From Nostoc sp. (GTDB lineage: Bacteria; Cyanobacteriota; Cyanobacteriia; Cyanobacteriales; Nostocaceae): 64,000 nucleotides of DNA. The DNA is taken from assembly GCA_036918135.1 (NCBI GenBank), contig JBALDB010000048.1, forward strand, positions 146,077 through 210,076, read 5' to 3'. Under the pieces are notes generated by a model. It was not told the origin of the DNA. It did no database searches and worked only from the letters and a program-made list of their open reading frames with translations. Of the stretch, positions 62,389-64,000 are shown in pieces (position 1 is the first letter of the stretch; each line of letters begins with the position of its first letter). Made by a program: the position numbers and the translations under genes.

Positions 62389-63660
62389 ATGCGAATTTTA
62401 ATTTACTCGTACAACTACCATCCAGAACCAATTGGTATTGCCCCACTGATGACTGAACTAGCAGAAGGACTAGTGAAGCGGGGACACCAAGTGCGCGTAG
62501 TCACAGCTATGCCTAACTATCCTGAGCGTCAAATTTACCAGGAATATCGGGGTAAGCTGTATCTCACAGAATACAAAAATGGCGTTGAAATTCAACGTAG
62601 TTACGTTTGGATTCGTCCCCAACCCAATCTTTTGGATCGAGTATTGCTAGATGCTAGTTTTGTTGTCACTAGTTTTATACCCGCCCTCATTGGTTGGCGT
62701 CCAGATGTTATTATCTCAACCTCGCCATCTCTGCCAAGCTGTGTGCCAGTTGCTCTTTTAGGATGGTTACGTGCCTGCCCAATAATTTTAAATCTTCAAG
62801 ATATATTACCAGAAGCAGCTGTTCATGTCGGTTTACTTAAAAATAAGTTACTCGTCCGGTTGTTTACATTATTAGAAAAATTCGCTTATCGCAGTGCCAG
62901 TAAAATTAGCGTCATTGCCGATGGATTTGTGGAGAATTTGCTATCTAAAGGCGTAGAAGCTGACAAAATTGTCCAAATTCCCAACTGGGTTGATGTCAAT
63001 TTTATCCGCCCCTCGCCTCAAGAAAATAACCCTTTTCGGACAACACATAACCTGAATGGTAAATTTGTAATACTTTATTCTGGCAACATTGCCCTCACTC
63101 AAGGCTTAGAAAGTGTTGTCAAAGCTGCTTCTTTGTTGCGCCACATCCCAGATATTGTATTTGTCATCGTTGGAGAGGCAAAAGGTTTACAGCGATTGCA
63201 ACAGGAATGTTTAGACTGCGGTGCAGATAATGTTTTGCTACTGCCATTTCAACCCCGCAAAAATTTACCAGAAATGTTAGCAGCTGCCGATGTTGGTTTA
63301 GTGGTGCAAAAGAAAAATGTTATATCCTTCAATATGCCGTCAAAAATTCAAGTGCTACTTGCCAGTGGACGGGCTTTAGTTGCCTCTGTTCCCGATAATG
63401 GTACGGCAGCAAGAGCTATCAGGCAAAGTGGTGGTGGAGTTATCGTACCTCCAGAAGATCCCCAAGCTTTAGCAATGGCAATTTTAGACTTGTATCAAAA
63501 TCCCGAAAAAGTTAAAACTCTGGGTTATAAAAGTCGTCAATATGCCGTTGAGCAGTATGCTTTTGAGCAAGCTTTAAATCAGTATGAATCGTTATGTTAC
63601 TCATCGATTGCAGATCGTAGAACAATTCACTCAACAATAGTTACAAAACAAGAAGTTTAA
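62389..63660 (+). CDS. Glycosyltransferase family 4 (WcaI-like)
   Basis: NYHPEPIGIA; PNYP; IPNWVD; YSGNI; MPSKI. Confidence 0.9.
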   Translation: MRILIYSYNYHPEPIGIAPLMTELAEGLVKRGHQVRVVTAMPNYPERQIYQEYRGKLYLTEYKNGVEIQRSYVWIRPQPNLLDRVLLDASFVVTSFIPALIGWRPDVIISTSPSLPSCVPVALLGWLRACPIILNLQDILPEAAVHVGLLKNKLLVRLFTLLEKFAYRSASKISVIADGFVENLLSKGVEADKIVQIPNWVDVNFIRPSPQENNPFRTTHNLNGKFVILYSGNIALTQGLESVVKAASLLRHIPDIVFVIVGEAKGLQRLQQECLDCGADNVLLLPFQPRKNLPEMLAAADVGLVVQKKNVISFNMPSKIQVLLASGRALVASVPDNGTAARAIRQSGGGVIVPPEDPQALAMAILDLYQNPEKVKTLGYKSRQYAVEQYAFEQALNQYESLCYSSIADRRTIHSTIVTKQEV

Positions 63661-64000
63661 TCTCTGGCAGTTGTGTTATATTGCATACTTGCACTTTCAG
63701 TAGGGTTAAATCTCAAAAACAAGTGTTTTATAGTAATTTATTTTACTAATAAGTACTAAATACCAGCAAATTTTCATATACATTATTTACCTAAAAATCC
63801 CATGTCTTGACTTCAAGCCGTGGGAATAACAATTTTTTACCCAATATAATTAACAGTAGTATTTAGTATCAAAAAATACTAATTATTATCACTACGCGTA
63901 ATTCGTAATTACTGTTGTGTAAGGGTTTTAGACATTTCAAATGGATGACGTGATTTAGCCGTCCTGTACTAGTACATTTATGCCAATCAGACTTTTGATA

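Overview
64-kb chromosomal segment of a filamentous, probably heterocyst-forming cyanobacterium (Nostocales-like: dense HIP1 GCGATCGC octamers, heptameric STRR arrays, ndhN, csaB, SLH-porin). The core is the cyanobacterial ribosomal super-operon (rplC to rplQ, truA, rplM, rpsI, rpmE, prfA; 29.6-48.3 kb). It is flanked by housekeeping genes: pgeF, csaB, hisA, the sphR-sphS-phoU phosphate regulators next to a porin, two tandem CPA2 antiporters, ABC-F, gpmI, secG, recO, deoC, an orphan C5 methyltransferase and GT4 glycosyltransferases. No tRNA, rRNA, CRISPR array, prophage or intact transposase was seen. The most interesting signals are non-coding. They are a ~700-nt ORF-less, hairpin-dense leader before rplC, a second structured spacer with twin GACCAGAAG hairpins between rpsK and rpoA, and several families of very small nested mobile repeats, some inserted in-frame into recO, truA and a peptidase. 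There are also several decayed accessory loci: a displaced csaB 3' end, a doubly broken two-gene operon with a DTG aspartyl protease, a probable microhomology deletion fusion, an internally deleted Rpn gene and a type IIL R-M relic. All family assignments come from recognising motifs by eye; no searches were run.
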